DNA of 41,235 bases from Nitrososphaerota archaeon (lineage in GTDB: Archaea > Thermoproteota > Nitrososphaeria > Nitrososphaerales > Nitrososphaeraceae): positions 1 to 41,235 of the forward strand of contig VBPR01000221.1 of NCBI GenBank assembly GCA_005877345.1, written 5' to 3'. The notes under the pieces are model-generated. The model was not told the origin of the DNA. It searched no databases and saw only the letters and a program-made list of their open reading frames with translations. Below are positions 39,386 through 41,235 of the stretch, one piece after another (the stretch's first letter is position 1; the number at the start of each line of letters is the position of its first letter). The translations under genes were made by a program, and so were the position numbers.

Positions 39386-39690
39386 GAGCCTTCGGTACCC
39401 ACGACGTTATCGGTTCTAAAAATGGATTCTGGTATAGTTATGAACTCCTAAGCTTTAAGGTTTTCTCTGAATACAATCAGCAACACGGATTCAGTGGGAC
39501 TGATAATGCTAAAATTCTATTTTTTGAACTCGTCGGTACCCACGACGTTATCGGTTCTAAAATTAGGATTCTAATGTAGGCGTGAACTACTGAGCTTTAT
39601 AGTTTTCCTCTTAAGTTCGTTGATTCAGGCGTGGAGTTTCGTGAAGCGTTATTGACACAAATCTTGGGCCCGGAGGTTTGTGAATCAATT
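39386..39690 (+). repeat. dispersed repeat, A-D-A cluster
   Basis: TCGGTACCCACGACGTTATCGGTTCTAAAA identical at 39392 and 39533; tail GGAGGTTTGTGAATCAA resembles 24823-24839. Confidence 0.93.
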
Positions 39691-39941
39691 TTGACATAAT
39701 TTTCCGACCCGATAATCGTAGCGTTCAGAAATAACCCATAAAAACAATTGGTGGCTATATAAAAATCCATTAAGAATTTTGAGCGGTGTAAGTGGTGGAT
39801 ATCATTTTCGGTTCTATCTGTCTACCACAGGCCACACGTTTGTAATTAGATGATACTTTTAATGACAGGATTGGGGCTGCTGTTAATACTGTTCCTGAAT
39901 AGTTAATTACTAACTCTGATTTTCTAATAAGCGGTGAAAAT

Positions 39942-40922
39942 ATGGCAAAAAATTCTGGCTCGCAAGTTTTCGCAAGTCGGCAGCCAACTCGAGAATTTGT
40001 CGGACTCATCGTGGATGGTAGTAATGCCGCCGCTGCAGTCAAAACTATTGTTGCTGCAGAAGCTGCTGGAGTACGCCAAATATGGATGGTACAACCACCT
40101 AATTGGCCAGATGTGTTGACAACATTTGCAGCCGCAGCGATAAAAACTTCTACAGTGCGCTTAGGAACGTCGATTGTACCAACCTATCCGCGTCATCCCC
40201 TTGTCCTAGCACAGCAGGCTCTGGCTTTTTATGATATCGCACCTGGGCGATTGCGCCTTGGAATAGGCCCGAGCCACCGCTTTATCATAGAAGACATGTA
40301 TGGCCTACAGCAGAGGAAGCCATTAACCCACTTGCGCGAATACGTAGAAATATTGCGTGCTGCACTCTGGCAAGGGAAGGTCAATTATCACGGATACTTC
40401 TATAATGTTGTAGCCACGTTACCCTATACGCCACAGATTCCTGTGCTTATTTCAACTCTGGGAGAGAAGGCGTTTCATTTAGCAGGACAAATTGCTGATG
40501 GAGCCCTTTCCTGGGTATGTCCTGTTCGATATTTGTTAAGTACTGGAATCCCAACCCTACGCACATCAGCGGCTGCTGCACGAAGAGGAGCGCCCCCATT
40601 AGTGGCACACGTTCCAGTCGCACTAAGCGAGGATAGGAATTCCATACTGTTAGCAGGTCATCGACTACTTGATTTCTACGCGAAAATACCTTTTTATGCT
40701 AATATGTTCTCTAATGCAGGATTTCAATTGATATCCGACCAGGCCATACCTGATGCTCTTGTAGATAATTTGGTAATATCTGGAAACGAGGCAACAGTGT
40801 CGGCACGATTCACTGACCTCATGGCAGCAGGTCTAGATGAGCTGATGGTCTCTCTAGTTCCTACAACAAGTACAGTTGAAGAAGAGCAGATACGACTCAT
40901 GAATTTGATTGGGCAGCTATAG
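39942..40922 (+). CDS. LLM-class flavin (probably F420)-dependent oxidoreductase
   Basis: AEAAG, VRLGTSIVPTYPRHP, GRLRLGIGPSH, AGQIADG, AAGLDE. Confidence 0.92.
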   Translation: MAKNSGSQVFASRQPTREFVGLIVDGSNAAAAVKTIVAAEAAGVRQIWMVQPPNWPDVLTTFAAAAIKTSTVRLGTSIVPTYPRHPLVLAQQALAFYDIAPGRLRLGIGPSHRFIIEDMYGLQQRKPLTHLREYVEILRAALWQGKVNYHGYFYNVVATLPYTPQIPVLISTLGEKAFHLAGQIADGALSWVCPVRYLLSTGIPTLRTSAAAARRGAPPLVAHVPVALSEDRNSILLAGHRLLDFYAKIPFYANMFSNAGFQLISDQAIPDALVDNLVISGNEATVSARFTDLMAAGLDELMVSLVPTTSTVEEEQIRLMNLIGQL

Positions 40923-40975
40923 GAGAATCACCGTCCAATTACCGCTATTGGGCTCAGAAAAAGTAATTTAGTCAC

Positions 40976-41143
40976 TCAAGATTCTTCAAAGAAATAATTC
41001 ACTTTAAAATATGGCCTAACGTTACCGCAATTTGGACACTTTTCCAGTTGTTCTGTAAAATTTGTTGCTCCAAATGAGACTCTGTCTTGTTGATAGGATG
41101 CAGGAAAACGTTTATCGCAATCCTTGCACTTTATCTTCAGCAT
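40976..41143 (-). CDS. 55-aa Zn-ribbon protein
   Basis: Not in track. MLKIKCKDCDKRFP...EKCPNCGNVRPYFKVNYFF; same layout as 2209-2385. Confidence 0.7.
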   Translation of the reverse strand: MLKIKCKDCDKRFPASYQQDRVSFGATNFTEQLEKCPNCGNVRPYFKVNYFFEES

Positions 41144-41235
41144 AAGAATTATACATGTTACTAATTTAAGTAGTTATATTAAATTAACTGGAAATTTTTA
41201 TACATTATGACAAGTACGTAAGTTTTATTATAAAA

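Noticed and set aside
16030-39690. CRISPR array interpretation of the repeats
   Set aside because: Units are dispersed, degenerate and separated by conserved ~60-100-bp linkers or whole genes rather than unique 30-45-bp spacers; no cas genes.

Overview
AT-rich archaeal DNA. Gene content and style (HflX, single TRAM-domain protein, many tiny Zn-ribbon proteins, two-domain multicopper oxidase, double-Lrp regulator, LLM oxidoreductases, TATA boxes ~25 nt before ATG) suggest a soil Nitrososphaeraceae (Thaumarchaeota); this is inference, not a database result. Bases 1-7.4 kb look core-like (hflX, radical SAM, TRAM). From ~7.46 kb to the end the window is an accessory region of unrelated 1-5-gene blocks (HtpX, RDD, PLAT, ParB, M64 peptidase/FG-GAP, DHFR-like, alpha/beta hydrolase, ADH, SnoaL, Lrp, CHRD, MCO, 2OG-oxygenase, Rieske, CDF, NRAMP, EamA, LLM), many decaying. 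The main signal is a dispersed modular non-coding repeat family at ~17 intergenic loci (~25 modules), all in the same orientation, punctuating these blocks. Modules share a (GGGC)CCGTCGG(G/T)A core, a variable palindromic centre, a second TCGG and a TTCTAAAA(T/C)TAG(G/A)AT arm; one subtype carries a conserved minus-strand BRE-TATA at fixed spacing. This resembles an integron-like or att-site gene-cassette array with non-canonical sites. No recombinase, CRISPR array, intact tRNA or rRNA is visible in the window.
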